Below are positions 1-9,977 of a DNA stretch of 64,000 nucleotides, piece after piece. The DNA is from Candidatus Binatia bacterium (lineage in GTDB: Bacteria; Desulfobacterota; Binatia; UBA9968; CAXXLF01): NCBI GenBank assembly GCA_963664015.2, contig CAXXLF010000002.1, positions 1,728,001-1,792,000 of the forward strand, read 5' to 3'. The notes under the pieces were generated by a model. That model searched no databases and had not been told where the DNA came from. It saw only the letters and a list, made by a program, of their open reading frames with translations. The translations under genes and the position numbers were made by a program. Every line of letters begins with the position of its first letter. Within the stretch, counting starts at the first letter, position 1.

Positions 1-1054
1 CGAGATTATTGGCCAGGTCCGCGTTGACCCGGGTAATAAAAGCGTCGAAGGAAAAGGCCGCATCCTGACCAAAGACCATATCGCGCAGTAAGAAGTACCT
101 GAAGGCATCCATACCGAAGCGCTCTTTCATCTCCAGCGGACGTACCACATTACCCAGGCTCTTGGACATCTTTCCTGATTCCATGATCCAGTATCCATGG
201 ACATCGAGGTGTTCGTAGCAGGGGAGGCCCGCCGCCATCAGCATGGTCGGCCAGTAAATCGCATGGGGCTTTAAGATATCCTTGGCGATCAAGTGATTGG
301 CCTTGGGCCAGTAGGTTTGAAAAACCCGCTCGCCCTTGTATTCCAGGGCGCTCACATAGTTGATCAGGGCGTCGAACCAGACATAGGTCACGTAGTCCGT
401 GTCAAAGGGAATGGGGATGCCCCACTCCAAACGTGTCCTGGGGCGTGAGATGCACAGATCCCCCAGGGGTTCCCGCAGGAACGCCAGGACTTCCGTCCGA
501 TAATGCTCCGGACGGATGAAATCCGGATGGGATTGGATATGGTCGAGGAGCTGCTGCTGGTATTTGCCCATACGGAAGAAGTAATTCTTTTCCTGAATAT
601 ATTCAGGTTTCTTCTGATGGTCCGGACACTTGCCATCGACCAGCTCTTTTTCCGTATAAAAGCGCTCGCACCCAAAGCAGTAAAATCCTCCGTACTCACC
701 GAAATAGATATCGCCCGTATCGTATATTTTTTGCAGGAGCCTCTGTACCGTTTTCTGATGGTAGGGGTCCGTAGTTCGAATAAAATGATCGTACGAGATA
801 CCGCAAGCGTCCCAGGTAGAGCGGAAGAGTTCGCTGATCCGATCCGCATACGCCTTGGGTTCCATACCATGCTCTTTGGCCGCCTCAGCAATCTTATCGC
901 CGTGCTCATCGGTTCCGGTGAGGAAAAAGGTTTCCACACCGCGGCTACTGTAATACCGCTTCAGGGTATCGGCAATGACCGTCGTGTAAGTGTGACCCAG
1001 GTGGGGCTCAGCGTTCACGTAGAAAAGAGGTGTGGTCAGGAAGAAATGACTCAT
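1..1054 (-). CDS. metG: methionine--tRNA ligase (5' part; runs off the window edge)
   Basis: Manual translation from ATG 1054: MSHFFLTTPLFYVNAEPHLGHTYTT (HIGH-like motif), later YVWFDALINY and KMSKSLGN. Confidence 0.95.
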   Translation of the reverse strand, partial: MSHFFLTTPLFYVNAEPHLGHTYTTVIADTLKRYYSSRGVETFFLTGTDEHGDKIAEAAKEHGMEPKAYADRISELFRSTWDACGISYDHFIRTTDPYHQKTVQRLLQKIYDTGDIYFGEYGGFYCFGCERFYTEKELVDGKCPDHQKKPEYIQEKNYFFRMGKYQQQLLDHIQSHPDFIRPEHYRTEVLAFLREPLGDLCISRPRTRLEWGIPIPFDTDYVTYVWFDALINYVSALEYKGERVFQTYWPKANHLIAKDILKPHAIYWPTMLMAAGLPCYEHLDVHGYWIMESGKMSKSLGNVVRPLEMKERFGMDAFRYFLLRDMVFGQDAAFSFDAFITRVNADLANNL

Positions 1055-1073
1055 GATCGATTCTCCACGTAGG

Positions 1074-2072
1074 CTAGTTCCCGTGAGGCGAGTGAGTCAC
1101 CAGGTTGATAAACAAATCCTCCAGGATCAGACGGCGGTTGTAGTTTCGCTGTAGATTCCGCGCGACCCCTTCTAACCGCGACAAAACACCAAGGGTATGA
1201 TTCAACGAAAGCGTGAGGGCCACCTCTCGGATTCTGTCTACCATGTCCCTGTTCTTGATCATGGCTTCAGTGCCGCCAGACTGCTGAACTAGGATATCCC
1301 GGTACCAATCTTTCACCCATTGTAGAAACCGTACGGCCTTTTCCCGGTCCCGCGCCACTTCCTCGGCTAGCACCATAGCCCCTCGCAGGTCGCCCCCGGA
1401 CAGCGAAGAGAATCGCATGATCCATTCCCTGCGTCGGCCCAAGAGCTCCCCAGGATCCGCTGCCAGGGCCTCACCCACACTTCCTCCGGTCACCGCGGCC
1501 ATGACGTTGGCCTGCTCTTCGGACAATCCGTGTCGTTGGATTAGGATACGGGCCGCCTGCTCCACCGGGAGTAAAGGGAAATAGAGACGCAGGCAGCGCG
1601 AAAGCACAGTGGACAAAAGGTTACCGGTGCTATGGTCGATGAGAACGATGAGGGCATCGCCAGGGGGATCCTCGAGGGTCTTCAATAGAGAGTTCTGGGC
1701 GTGGTAGTTCATGAGCCGGGCAGGATCGATAATCGCGACTTTTTTCTTACCCGAAAAGGAACGAAGCTCCATCATCCGCTGCAGATTTCTTATTTGCACG
1801 ATGGTGATTTCCCGCTTGCCCTTTTCCGGGCTGACAACGCGCACATCAGGGTGAGTGCCATCGCCAATGCGCAGGCACTCATCGCACTGCCCGCAGGTAT
1901 CCCCTTCCATCCGGGAGCAATGGAGTGCTGCCGCCAGTGCTAGGGCGACGGTGTTTTTTCCAACCCCGTCGGGGCCGAGAAAAAGATAGGCGTGGTGCAG
2001 ACGGTCCCGTTCCAACGCCCTTTTCAGGGTCATAATCTGTTTTTGATGTGCGATGATATCCGAGAAAACCAT
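1074..2072 (-). CDS. holB: DNA polymerase III delta' subunit
   Basis: HAYLFLGPDGVGK, CGQCDEC zinc motif, HPD, NSLLKTLEDPP, SRC; tmk-holB-metG synteny. Confidence 0.93.
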   Translation of the reverse strand: MVFSDIIAHQKQIMTLKRALERDRLHHAYLFLGPDGVGKNTVALALAAALHCSRMEGDTCGQCDECLRIGDGTHPDVRVVSPEKGKREITIVQIRNLQRMMELRSFSGKKKVAIIDPARLMNYHAQNSLLKTLEDPPGDALIVLIDHSTGNLLSTVLSRCLRLYFPLLPVEQAARILIQRHGLSEEQANVMAAVTGGSVGEALAADPGELLGRRREWIMRFSSLSGGDLRGAMVLAEEVARDREKAVRFLQWVKDWYRDILVQQSGGTEAMIKNRDMVDRIREVALTLSLNHTLGVLSRLEGVARNLQRNYNRRLILEDLFINLVTHSPHGN

Positions 2073-2086
2073 GGTTCTAAAAGGCT

Positions 2087-2171
2087 AATAGTAAATTGCC
2101 AATGGCGAACGGGCTCCGTTTCCACCCACATACAGAGTTTACCATTTGCTATTTACTATTTGCCATTCGCT
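2087..2171. repeat. inverted array of degenerate 7-bp repeats (hairpin) between tmk and holB
   Basis: Left arm AATAGTA-AATTGCC-AATGGCG-AACGGGC; right arm TACCATT-TGCTATT-TACTATT-TGCCATT, complementary in 7-nt register. Confidence 0.75.
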
Positions 2172-2811
2172 AGCCGAGTATTTCGTCCACAACCTTCTTG
2201 ATCTGCTCATGCACGACTTCTTTCGGAGCCGATGAATCGAGCACCACGATACGCCCCGGCTCGAGGCGTGCCAGCTCCAAAAAGCCGCGCCGCACCCTTT
2301 TATGAAATTCCAGACTCTCACTCTCGAAACGGTCTTTGGCTACGACCCCCGAGTTCTCTGCGGCGCTTCTTTTATGGGCTCGCCCCAGAGAGATCTCCGG
2401 CATACAGTCCAGCAAGAAGGTCAGGTCCGGTTCGATGCCTCCGCTGGCTAGGTGGTTCATGCGGCGGAGCAACTCCAGATCCACTCCGCGCCCATAGCCC
2501 TGGTAAGCGAGGGTTGAGTCGGTGAAGCGGTCGCATAGGATAAGCTGCCCTTTTTCCCGCGCCGGCGCAAGGACCTCACGAACATGCTGGGCCCGGTCAG
2601 CCAGGTAGAGAAAGAGCTCGGTTTGCATTGCGATCTCCTCTCGGATTCCTTCTATAAGTACCCGGCGGATGGTTTTTCCCAGCTCAGTTCCGCCGGGTTC
2701 ATGGGTGATCACACTGGACTTGCCTTGGCTGGCCAGATGGGCCTGAAGCAACTTCAACTGGGTGGTTTTTCCCGAGCCGTCACCACCCTCAAATGAAATT
2801 AATTGAATCAT
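2170..2811 (-). CDS. tmk: thymidylate kinase
   Basis: FEGGDGSGKTT P-loop, HEPGG, CDRFTDSTLAYQG. Confidence 0.96.
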   Translation of the reverse strand: MIQLISFEGGDGSGKTTQLKLLQAHLASQGKSSVITHEPGGTELGKTIRRVLIEGIREEIAMQTELFLYLADRAQHVREVLAPAREKGQLILCDRFTDSTLAYQGYGRGVDLELLRRMNHLASGGIEPDLTFLLDCMPEISLGRAHKRSAAENSGVVAKDRFESESLEFHKRVRRGFLELARLEPGRIVVLDSSAPKEVVHEQIKKVVDEILG

Positions 2812-2932
2812 TGAAACCGAATGGACATGAACAGTCGCGAGCGAACGAATGGGGGGGGAGGAGGAGAATCAGCACGAAATGCAGAGTCTGCCGATCTACT
2901 CTCTTGCCTCCCCCAGGAGGAGATTGATCCCG

Positions 2933-4501
2933 TTAAACAAGTGGTACCCTCCCCCTCTCACTATAATATACTCTTCTGCCTGTAAAAATAAAATAGACCC
3001 TGGCCGTGGAGGAGAGATTTTGATTTATATAACTGATAGCCCGATGGCCTGGCACCATGCGCGTTAAGAAACCCTCTCGCGTCTCCTTGCCACTGAGATA
3101 GTCCAGTGGCGACACCGATTGATAGTATTTCGCCAAGTAGACCCCGTTCCAGGCCACCAACAAGAGGATCCCTGCAACCAGGATCCAGAGACGACCAATC
3201 CTCAAGTAGAGATTATGGACCCCATAGACGAGTAGAATCACCAACGGGGCAATGATGGGGAGGAGATAGCGGATACGCATCTCCACCAAAAAAACGGCAT
3301 AAAGGAGGTAAAAAAGCGAGAAGGCGAAAAACAGCCACTTTTCCTCGGCCCACTTGCCCTTGAACGCCCAGGGCAGAAACAAGACAAGCATCGGGTTCAA
3401 AACACCATCAAAATACTGGGGGCTGTTGTCGCGGCCGAAAAAAAATATCCGGAGCGGCAAAGCCGCCATTTGCCACCAGCTCTCTCCGTATAGCAACCCG
3501 CGCTTCGTCCAGATGGTGATCGCTCCACCACCACTGCCTCCGCCACCACCGGCTGCACCAAACAAACCTTGAAAGGCGGGAAACAACGGATTGCCCGTTT
3601 CAACCAGGTTCTTGATCGCCCAGGGCGCAAAGGGCACGAGGGCCAGGAAGGTAAACAGTGCCGTCCATCCCAACATCTTAGTCCTCTCGTCCTGCTGGTT
3701 CCGTGCGAGCATGAAGAGGAGTACGAAACCGAGCACGAAGGCGATCAACATGCCATTGGGTTGAGTTGCAAGCGTGAAGCCGGTACAAAGACCGGCCATA
3801 ATCATCCAGCGAATCTCCCTGGACTCATTCCACCGGAGCAGACAAAGAAGGGCGGCCAACCCATAAAACGTCAATCCGAGGTCTACGTAAGCCCAGTTCA
3901 TCAGGCGGAGGATGGCCGGTGTCGAGACGAAGAAGAAAAAACCGAGTAGGCCGTAGATGGGGCTGAGCCGCCGTGCAAGATATGCAAAGAGCAGCACGCC
4001 GGTCAGGGCACCAAACAGTCCATGAATAAGTTTGGGGGTAAAATCCCATGGGGTCGTGGCAAAAGGCGTATAGAGCATGTCGAGGAGCATGGGGTAATAG
4101 GAATAGGGGACAAAGGGAATCTCGTAGATTTTTCCAGCCTCCACGTAGAGCTTGGGGATGGCCAGGTGATGATTGAGAGCATCGCGGCTCCACGGGGGAA
4201 CCAGACCTAACACCACTTCGGTAACCAGGAGTACCAAAATCAAAAGCCATAGGAGCGTTCCCAAACGGGACCTCTCACGTAATTGAGTCCCAAAAAAATA
4301 GAGGAAGACGAAGGCGGCCAGGAGTGAGGCAGCGACGTTCGTGCCATTAAGCAGGGGATGCGAAAGATACCCGCTTAATCCTGCAAGATAATAGAGCGTT
4401 GCGACCAGACCCAAGAAACAGCCCAGGAGACAGGTCCGGTACAGGAGAAGGGAGAAACGTTCGGGTGGCATGACCTCTACCGGTCTCTGCGCTTGAGCCA
4501 A
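2933..4501 (-). CDS. polytopic membrane protein, ArnT/PMT-like (GT-C) glycosyltransferase; C-terminus may be truncated
   Basis: About 13 hydrophobic segments; DALNHHLAIPK, YYPM, AYVD, GNPLFP and RYLLP motifs typical of lipid-carrier glycosyltransferases. Confidence 0.65.
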   Translation of the reverse strand: MAQAQRPVEVMPPERFSLLLYRTCLLGCFLGLVATLYYLAGLSGYLSHPLLNGTNVAASLLAAFVFLYFFGTQLRERSRLGTLLWLLILVLLVTEVVLGLVPPWSRDALNHHLAIPKLYVEAGKIYEIPFVPYSYYPMLLDMLYTPFATTPWDFTPKLIHGLFGALTGVLLFAYLARRLSPIYGLLGFFFFVSTPAILRLMNWAYVDLGLTFYGLAALLCLLRWNESREIRWMIMAGLCTGFTLATQPNGMLIAFVLGFVLLFMLARNQQDERTKMLGWTALFTFLALVPFAPWAIKNLVETGNPLFPAFQGLFGAAGGGGGSGGGAITIWTKRGLLYGESWWQMAALPLRIFFFGRDNSPQYFDGVLNPMLVLFLPWAFKGKWAEEKWLFFAFSLFYLLYAVFLVEMRIRYLLPIIAPLVILLVYGVHNLYLRIGRLWILVAGILLLVAWNGVYLAKYYQSVSPLDYLSGKETREGFLTRMVPGHRAISYINQNLSSTARVYFIFTGRRVYYSERGRVPLV

Positions 4502-5589
4502 CTCGCGATCAGCGGGAAGACCTCCTCCTTTGCCGTTTTACCCAGGATTAGGTCGTAGTGACCGTAGGCCGCGGTATCTTTGGGGCGGGAACCGAAGATC
4601 CTACGGGCCCGGTCCTTAGATTTGATGGCACGGTAAGTCGCCCGCAGAGAGCTCGGATGGGCCACGGCATCTTTTTCACCTCCAATAAGGAGGATCGGGA
4701 CACGCAGCTTGGCAAGGTTTTTCCGATAATTGTATTCCCCATCGTGCGAGACAAACTCACCCTTGCGGATAATTGTCGTAACATGGTCCAGGACTCCGGC
4801 ATTGACAGGGGCAAGCGCCAACTCCAACAGTCGTTCTTTCACCTTCGGATCTATGTTTTCCGGGTTTAGGAAAAATTCCTCGACCTTGGGAATCATAGGG
4901 ATGAGCGTCCGCCCGACAAAGGGGCCATCCAGATAGAGTAACAGTTTCCGCCAATTAGGGCTCTTCTGGAGATCTATTAGGCGTTTCATAGGCTCCTGTT
5001 CAGCGTGGTTGAAGGTTACCGGGGCACCAATGGTGACCAGGGCTCCAAGGCCTAACTTGCTTGGGTATTTTTGCGCGAAGCCGTAAAGGAGAAGTCCCCC
5101 CATTTCAAATCCGACCCAGTTGACCCTGGGGCTCCCGCTGTTCTTTTGCACATAGGCGATTACCGCTGCTATATCGTCGCGGATAATATCATCCAGATTC
5201 CATCGCTTGGATCCTGCCCCCAAGGGGTTCAGGCTCCGGCCCGTACCCCGGAGCGAAAGGTTCCATACGTCGAAACCTTCTCGCGCGAGATACTTGGCCA
5301 AACTAGTCTCATCGGTCAGGTTCATAAACCGGCTGTTGACCAGAAACCCGTGACTCAGCACGACTGGGGTGCGCTGGCGCGGTTCCTTTAGCCGAATCCT
5401 TTCCATGGCGAGCTCAAACTTCTGCTCGGTCACTGCCCAGTGGTTTTTCTCTAAAAGGAACGAAGATTCCGCGGCCCATATGCCGATAGGAAAGGAAATA
5501 AGGAATAGAAAGAGAAAGCGTAGGGATGTTACAGGAAACACTTCCGCATTATAGGAACCAGACCCGTAATCTGTCAATTTATTTTCCAC
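4477..5589 (-). CDS. alpha/beta hydrolase-fold protein with signal peptide (true start probably somewhat downstream)
   Basis: VVLSHG, GFDVW, GFEMGG at the nucleophile elbow, D and YGH at acid/His positions. Confidence 0.75.
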   Translation of the reverse strand: MENKLTDYGSGSYNAEVFPVTSLRFLFLFLISFPIGIWAAESSFLLEKNHWAVTEQKFELAMERIRLKEPRQRTPVVLSHGFLVNSRFMNLTDETSLAKYLAREGFDVWNLSLRGTGRSLNPLGAGSKRWNLDDIIRDDIAAVIAYVQKNSGSPRVNWVGFEMGGLLLYGFAQKYPSKLGLGALVTIGAPVTFNHAEQEPMKRLIDLQKSPNWRKLLLYLDGPFVGRTLIPMIPKVEEFFLNPENIDPKVKERLLELALAPVNAGVLDHVTTIIRKGEFVSHDGEYNYRKNLAKLRVPILLIGGEKDAVAHPSSLRATYRAIKSKDRARRIFGSRPKDTAAYGHYDLILGKTAKEEVFPLIASWLKRRDR

Positions 5590-5659
5590 GGCTAGCGTTG
5601 CATTTTCAATGAACCAAGATCATATTGTGTTCCAATCACAACTTGTTAAGATCGCTTTC

Positions 5660-7036
5660 ATGTACAAGGAAGATACCATCGCTGCAGTAGCAACCCCTCC
5701 CGGTGAAGGCGGTGTTGCTATCGTAAGGATTAGTGGTCCTGAGGCTGAACAGGTTGCCAAGACCATTTTCCATCCCAGCAGTGGCAAGAATGGGGGGTTC
5801 GAATCGCATCGCCTGCATCATGGGACCATTCGTGACCCGATCAGCAGTGAGGTCCTCGACGAGGTATTGACCACCATGATGCGACGGCCAAGGAGCTATA
5901 CGGGCGAGGATGTTGTTGAGGTTCACTGCCACGGTGGCCCATTTTTAGCCCGTCGAATCCTGGAGCTGGTGCTGTCCTGTGGCATACGCCACGCCGAAGC
6001 TGGGGAGTTCACCAAGAGGGCCTTTTTGAACGGGCGTTTGGATCTCACGCAGGCGGAGGCCGTCGCTGACCTGATTCGAGCACGTACTGACAAGGCGGTG
6101 CGGCTAGCCGCCGGGCAAGTTCAGGGAGGAATATCCAAATGGGTCGCTGCTCTACGTGCAGAACTAGTTGAAATACTTGTTCAAATAGAAGCGGCCATCG
6201 ACTTCCCCGAAGAGGAAATCGAGCTGCTAGCGCGTCAGGCATTGGCAGGAAAGGCAGAGGCGCTGAGAGATAGAATAAGAACAATTACAGGGACATACGA
6301 GTGGGGGAGGCTGTTTCGCGATGGCGCTAAGGTATGCATTGCGGGTCGCCCCAACGTGGGAAAATCGAGTCTTCTGAATGCCCTGCTTGGTGAAAAAAGG
6401 GTAATTGTTACGTCTACTCCCGGGACAACCAGGGATTTCATCGAGGAATCCTTAAATCTTGACGGGCTCCCCCTAGCCCTCTGGGACACGGCTGGCATTC
6501 GTGAAGGCGAGAATGAGGCTGAAAAGATGGGTATTCAGATCTCTCTGGAGAGGATCAAAGAGGCCCATGGAATTATTGTGTTACTTGACGGCTCCGAGCC
6601 CCTCACCCCAGAAGACCGTTTCTTATTCGGACAGGTTTTAGACAGAAAAGGCATGATAGTCATTAATAAATCAGACCTTACCCAGGTACTTGATTTAAAG
6701 CAGATCCATACGATGGCACCAGATAAAGAAGTAATCTCTATCTCTGCGAAGGCGGGAAGCGGTATCGATGAATTGAAGTTTCGCATGCGCACCCTATTAA
6801 TAGGTGAGGAACCAGAATCTGAAGTTGTTGTAACCAACCTCCGCCATAAAACGGCTTTGGAAAAAGCCCAGCATAGCCTGACTGAGGCTCTTCAGGGACT
6901 TGAGTCTGGGATCCCTCCAGAAATGGTGGCAGTGGACCTTCAAGAGACGAGGTACTATCTTGAAGAAGTGATTGGAATCGTTACAAATGACGACATTTTA
7001 GGGGAGATATTTAGTCAGTTTTGTATCGGTAAATGA
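5660..7036 (+). CDS. mnmE: tRNA modification GTPase MnmE
   Basis: DTIAAVATPPGEGG, GRPNVGKSS, DTAG, NKSD, C-terminal FCIGK. Confidence 0.97.
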   Translation: MYKEDTIAAVATPPGEGGVAIVRISGPEAEQVAKTIFHPSSGKNGGFESHRLHHGTIRDPISSEVLDEVLTTMMRRPRSYTGEDVVEVHCHGGPFLARRILELVLSCGIRHAEAGEFTKRAFLNGRLDLTQAEAVADLIRARTDKAVRLAAGQVQGGISKWVAALRAELVEILVQIEAAIDFPEEEIELLARQALAGKAEALRDRIRTITGTYEWGRLFRDGAKVCIAGRPNVGKSSLLNALLGEKRVIVTSTPGTTRDFIEESLNLDGLPLALWDTAGIREGENEAEKMGIQISLERIKEAHGIIVLLDGSEPLTPEDRFLFGQVLDRKGMIVINKSDLTQVLDLKQIHTMAPDKEVISISAKAGSGIDELKFRMRTLLIGEEPESEVVVTNLRHKTALEKAQHSLTEALQGLESGIPPEMVAVDLQETRYYLEEVIGIVTNDDILGEIFSQFCIGK

Positions 7037-7235
7037 AGCTACCGCGGGCTTCCGCCCGTGGCAACCTTCCTTATCTTCGGCGGAATCCGCCGAAGCAGCC
7101 GCTTTGGCTGCGAAGAGTACGCTTGGAACTCCAGCCATCGCCGACCGTAGTCGGCTATGGCCAACGGAAGTTGGAGGGTCTGTCAATCGCATTCATCCGT
7201 GGCCTACACCAACGGTTCATTTCGAAGATAGATAA
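7031..7235. mobile_element. non-autonomous palindromic (MITE/REP-like) element, copy 1
   Basis: First about 60 nt align with 38571-38632; shared CCGCCGAAGCAGCCGCTTYGGCTGCGAAG; several hairpins; no transposase. Confidence 0.6.
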
Positions 7236-7259
7236 AACAGTATCTCAAATATTAAAACA

Positions 7260-7275
7260 TGTTCCACGTGAAACA
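7260..7275. promoter_or_regulatory. parS site
   Basis: TGTTCCACGTGAAACA matches the parS consensus TGTTTCACGTGAAACA with one mismatch; near parAB. Confidence 0.9.
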
Positions 7276-7277
7276 AT

Positions 7278-9157
7278 ATGGCTAAACAGGAAAAGATATA
7301 CGACGTCATAGTAGTGGGTGCTGGGCACGCTGGGATCGAGGCTGCGCTTGCAGCCGCACGCATGGGGAGCAAGACCCTCATGCTTACGTTGAATCTTGAC
7401 CATATTGGTCAGATGTCATGCAATCCTGCCATTGGAGGGATCGGAAAGGGTCATCTTGTAAAGGAAATTGACGCACTTGGCGGCGAGATGGCGAAGGCCA
7501 TCGATGAAACGGGAATCCAGTTCCGAGTCCTCAATACTAGAAAAGGACCGGCCGTCCGTGCTTCTAGGGCCCAGGCGGACAAGGCAATGTATCGATCACG
7601 AATGAAACGAGTCATCGAGAACTGCGACCAGCTAGCCTTACGTCAGGGAAGCGTTGAGCGAATCATCGTTGAACAAGGCCGAGCCATAGGTGTGGAAACC
7701 CAAATTGGCGAGATCTTTTTAGGTCAGAAGATTATCCTGACGACAGGTACCTTTTTAAAGGGGCTAATCCATATAGGTGATAAAAACTATTCCGGTGGGA
7801 GGGCGGGTGATTCTGCCGCCCAGGGGTTGAGTGTGTCGCTAAAGGAGTTGGGGTTTGAAATCGGTAGGCTCAAGACCGGCACCTGTCCAAGGCTTGACGG
7901 AAGGACGATCAACAAAGACCGCTTTGAAGCTGCAACATGGGGATCCCCACCCGATTCCCTTCTCTTTTTCTTCCAAGGGGATCACTCAGAAGCAGCTGCC
8001 CTGTTATATTACCTACACCAACAGCCGAACCCATGAAATCATTCGTTCGGCCTTAAACCGCTCCCCCATGTATTCGGGTGTGATCACCAGCCGCGGGCCT
8101 CGATATTGCCCATCCATTGAAGATAAAATCGTCCGTTTTGCCGATAAGGAAAGGCATCAAATCTTTCTGGAGCCGGAGGGTTACGATACGGTTGAGGTCT
8201 ACCCGAACGGTCTTTCCACCAGTCTGCCCCTGGATATACAGGTTGAAATGGTACGTTCTATTGAAGGCCTGGAAAATGCTGAAATTATGAGATCAGGTTA
8301 TGCGATCGAGTATGACTACGTGGAACCGACCCAACTCTATCCTACCTTGGAGACAAAACTGGTAAGGGGACTTTATCACGCTGGTCAGATCAATGGTACA
8401 ACAGGGTACGAAGAAGCGGCAAGCCAGGGGATCATGGCGGCCATCAACGCAGTCCTCAGTTTGAGAGGTCAGGACGCTCTGGTCCTATCACGGGACCAAT
8501 CCTATATAGGGGTTTTAATTGATGATTTAGTGACTAAAGGTACGGATGGAGAGCCCTACCGCATGTTTACTTCCCGTGCTGAATACCGTCTACTCTTGAG
8601 AGAGGACAATGCGGACTTGCGCTTGACTGAGATAGGCTTTCAGGTTGGTCTCCAGTCAGGCGAAAATTACCATCGTACCCTAGAGAAGAAGCGAATTGTT
8701 GAAGAGACCATTGCTCAATTGAACACCAGGCGTGTGAACCCATCAGGAGCAACCAATAGTCAATTGGTGGTTTTAGGATCAGCCCCATTACGCTCCCCCA
8801 TATCGATGGGCGCAACTGCTCCGTCGTCCTGAGATTTCCTTTTCAGACCTTTCAGCATTTGCATCTGACTTGGCTGATCTGTCCCAAGAGATTAGAATTC
8901 AAATTGAGCTTGAAGTCAAATATAAGGGCTATATTCAACGCCAACTCGAGGGCGTCAGCCGATTTCAACGAATGGAAGATGTGGTTTTACCAGAGAATAT
9001 CGACTATTCGACGGTAGTGGGCCTTTCTCGAGAGGTTTGTGAAAAGCTTACCAAGATCCGTCCGCGCTCTCTCGGCCAAGCCCATAGAATTCCTGGAATC
9101 ACCCCCGCTGCAATGTCTCTCCTATCGATCTATATTAAGAAGAGAAAGCGTGCGTAA
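7278..9157 (+). CDS. mnmG: tRNA uridine-5-carboxymethylaminomethyl modification enzyme MnmG (two apparent +1 frameshifts at about 7924 and 8809)
   Basis: [62 protein letters not shown] across three ORFs; removing one T from TTT and one G from GGG restores the frame. Confidence 0.95.
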
Positions 9158-9832
9158 CAATTCCAACGGTAAACCGCCCTTGACCGGGTGTGACCTTTTG
9201 AAAGCCGGGTCAGATTCGCTTGGACTCCGCTTATCGCAAGAGCAGGTAGACGCCTTTTTTACCTATCTCGACCTCATTACACTCTGGAATTCCCGCTTCA
9301 ATCTGACCTCGATTAGAAAACCGGAAACTATTATTCGACTTCACTTTCTGGATTCTCTCGCTCTTGCCCACTTTCTTGATCCTGAGAAACGCCTAATGGA
9401 CCTCGGTAGCGGCGCAGGTCTCCCTGGTATTCCCATTAAGATCTTCTACCCGGACAAGCAGGTTGTCCTGGTTGAGGCGCATAACAAGAAGGCCAATTTT
9501 TTACGCGAGGTAAGCCGCAAACTTGGAATCAAAGCGATTCGAGTGGTTGGGGAAAGGGCAGAAAAGCTTAATCTCCAAGAAATTGGTTCCTTCAATGAGG
9601 TTGTAACTCGAGCATCAGGTCCGATCGTGAACCTTATTAAAATATCAGCGCCCTCTTATCACCAGGTGGAAGTTGTTTAATTATGGGTGGCCCATCAGGA
9701 TTTCAGAAATTCACCGCTGAGGGAGTTCGCAGCGCAGCCATTAAACTTGGCTTCACTTCGAGTCGTCTAGAAGAGTACCGATTGCCCCTTGGAACAGAAA
9801 CCAGAACCCTTTTGAGCTTCACAAAGAAATAA
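9150..9832 (+). CDS. rsmG: 16S rRNA m7G527 methyltransferase (one apparent -1 frameshift at about 9652)
   Basis: WNSRFNLTS, HFLDSL, DLGSGAGLPG, TRA; after the shift in a C run the frame continues LSPGG...YRLPLGTETRTLLSFTKK*. Confidence 0.9.
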
Positions 9833-9879
9833 CCCTCCCATGGGCTAATGCTCATATTCTTTTGTGAAGGCCAATAAGT

Positions 9880-9895
9880 TGTTTCACGTGAAACA
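9880..9895. promoter_or_regulatory. parS site (perfect palindrome)
   Basis: TGTTTCACGTGAAACA upstream of parA. Confidence 0.95.
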
Positions 9896-9977
9896 TTCTT
9901 TCCTTCCATTTTCCCCATCAACGTGCTAAAAATGATCCTTACTTATATTATAGGTTATTGATTTAAAAGGATTATCG

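Noticed and set aside
503-1072. 189-aa plus-strand ORF and 183-aa minus-strand ORF 388-939
   Set aside because: Antisense and off-frame shadows of metG
3520-3560. CCA/CCG triplet repeat
   Set aside because: Encodes a Gly-rich loop of the glycosyltransferase
7033-7311. 92-aa ORF between mnmE and mnmG
   Set aside because: It is a translation of the palindromic repeat and the parS site
7900-9660. Frameshifts in mnmG (2) and rsmG (1) as programmed frameshifting or pseudogenes
   Set aside because: All are single-base changes in short homopolymers (TTT, GGG, CCC) in otherwise intact conserved genes; most likely sequencing or assembly indels, though read data are needed to confirm
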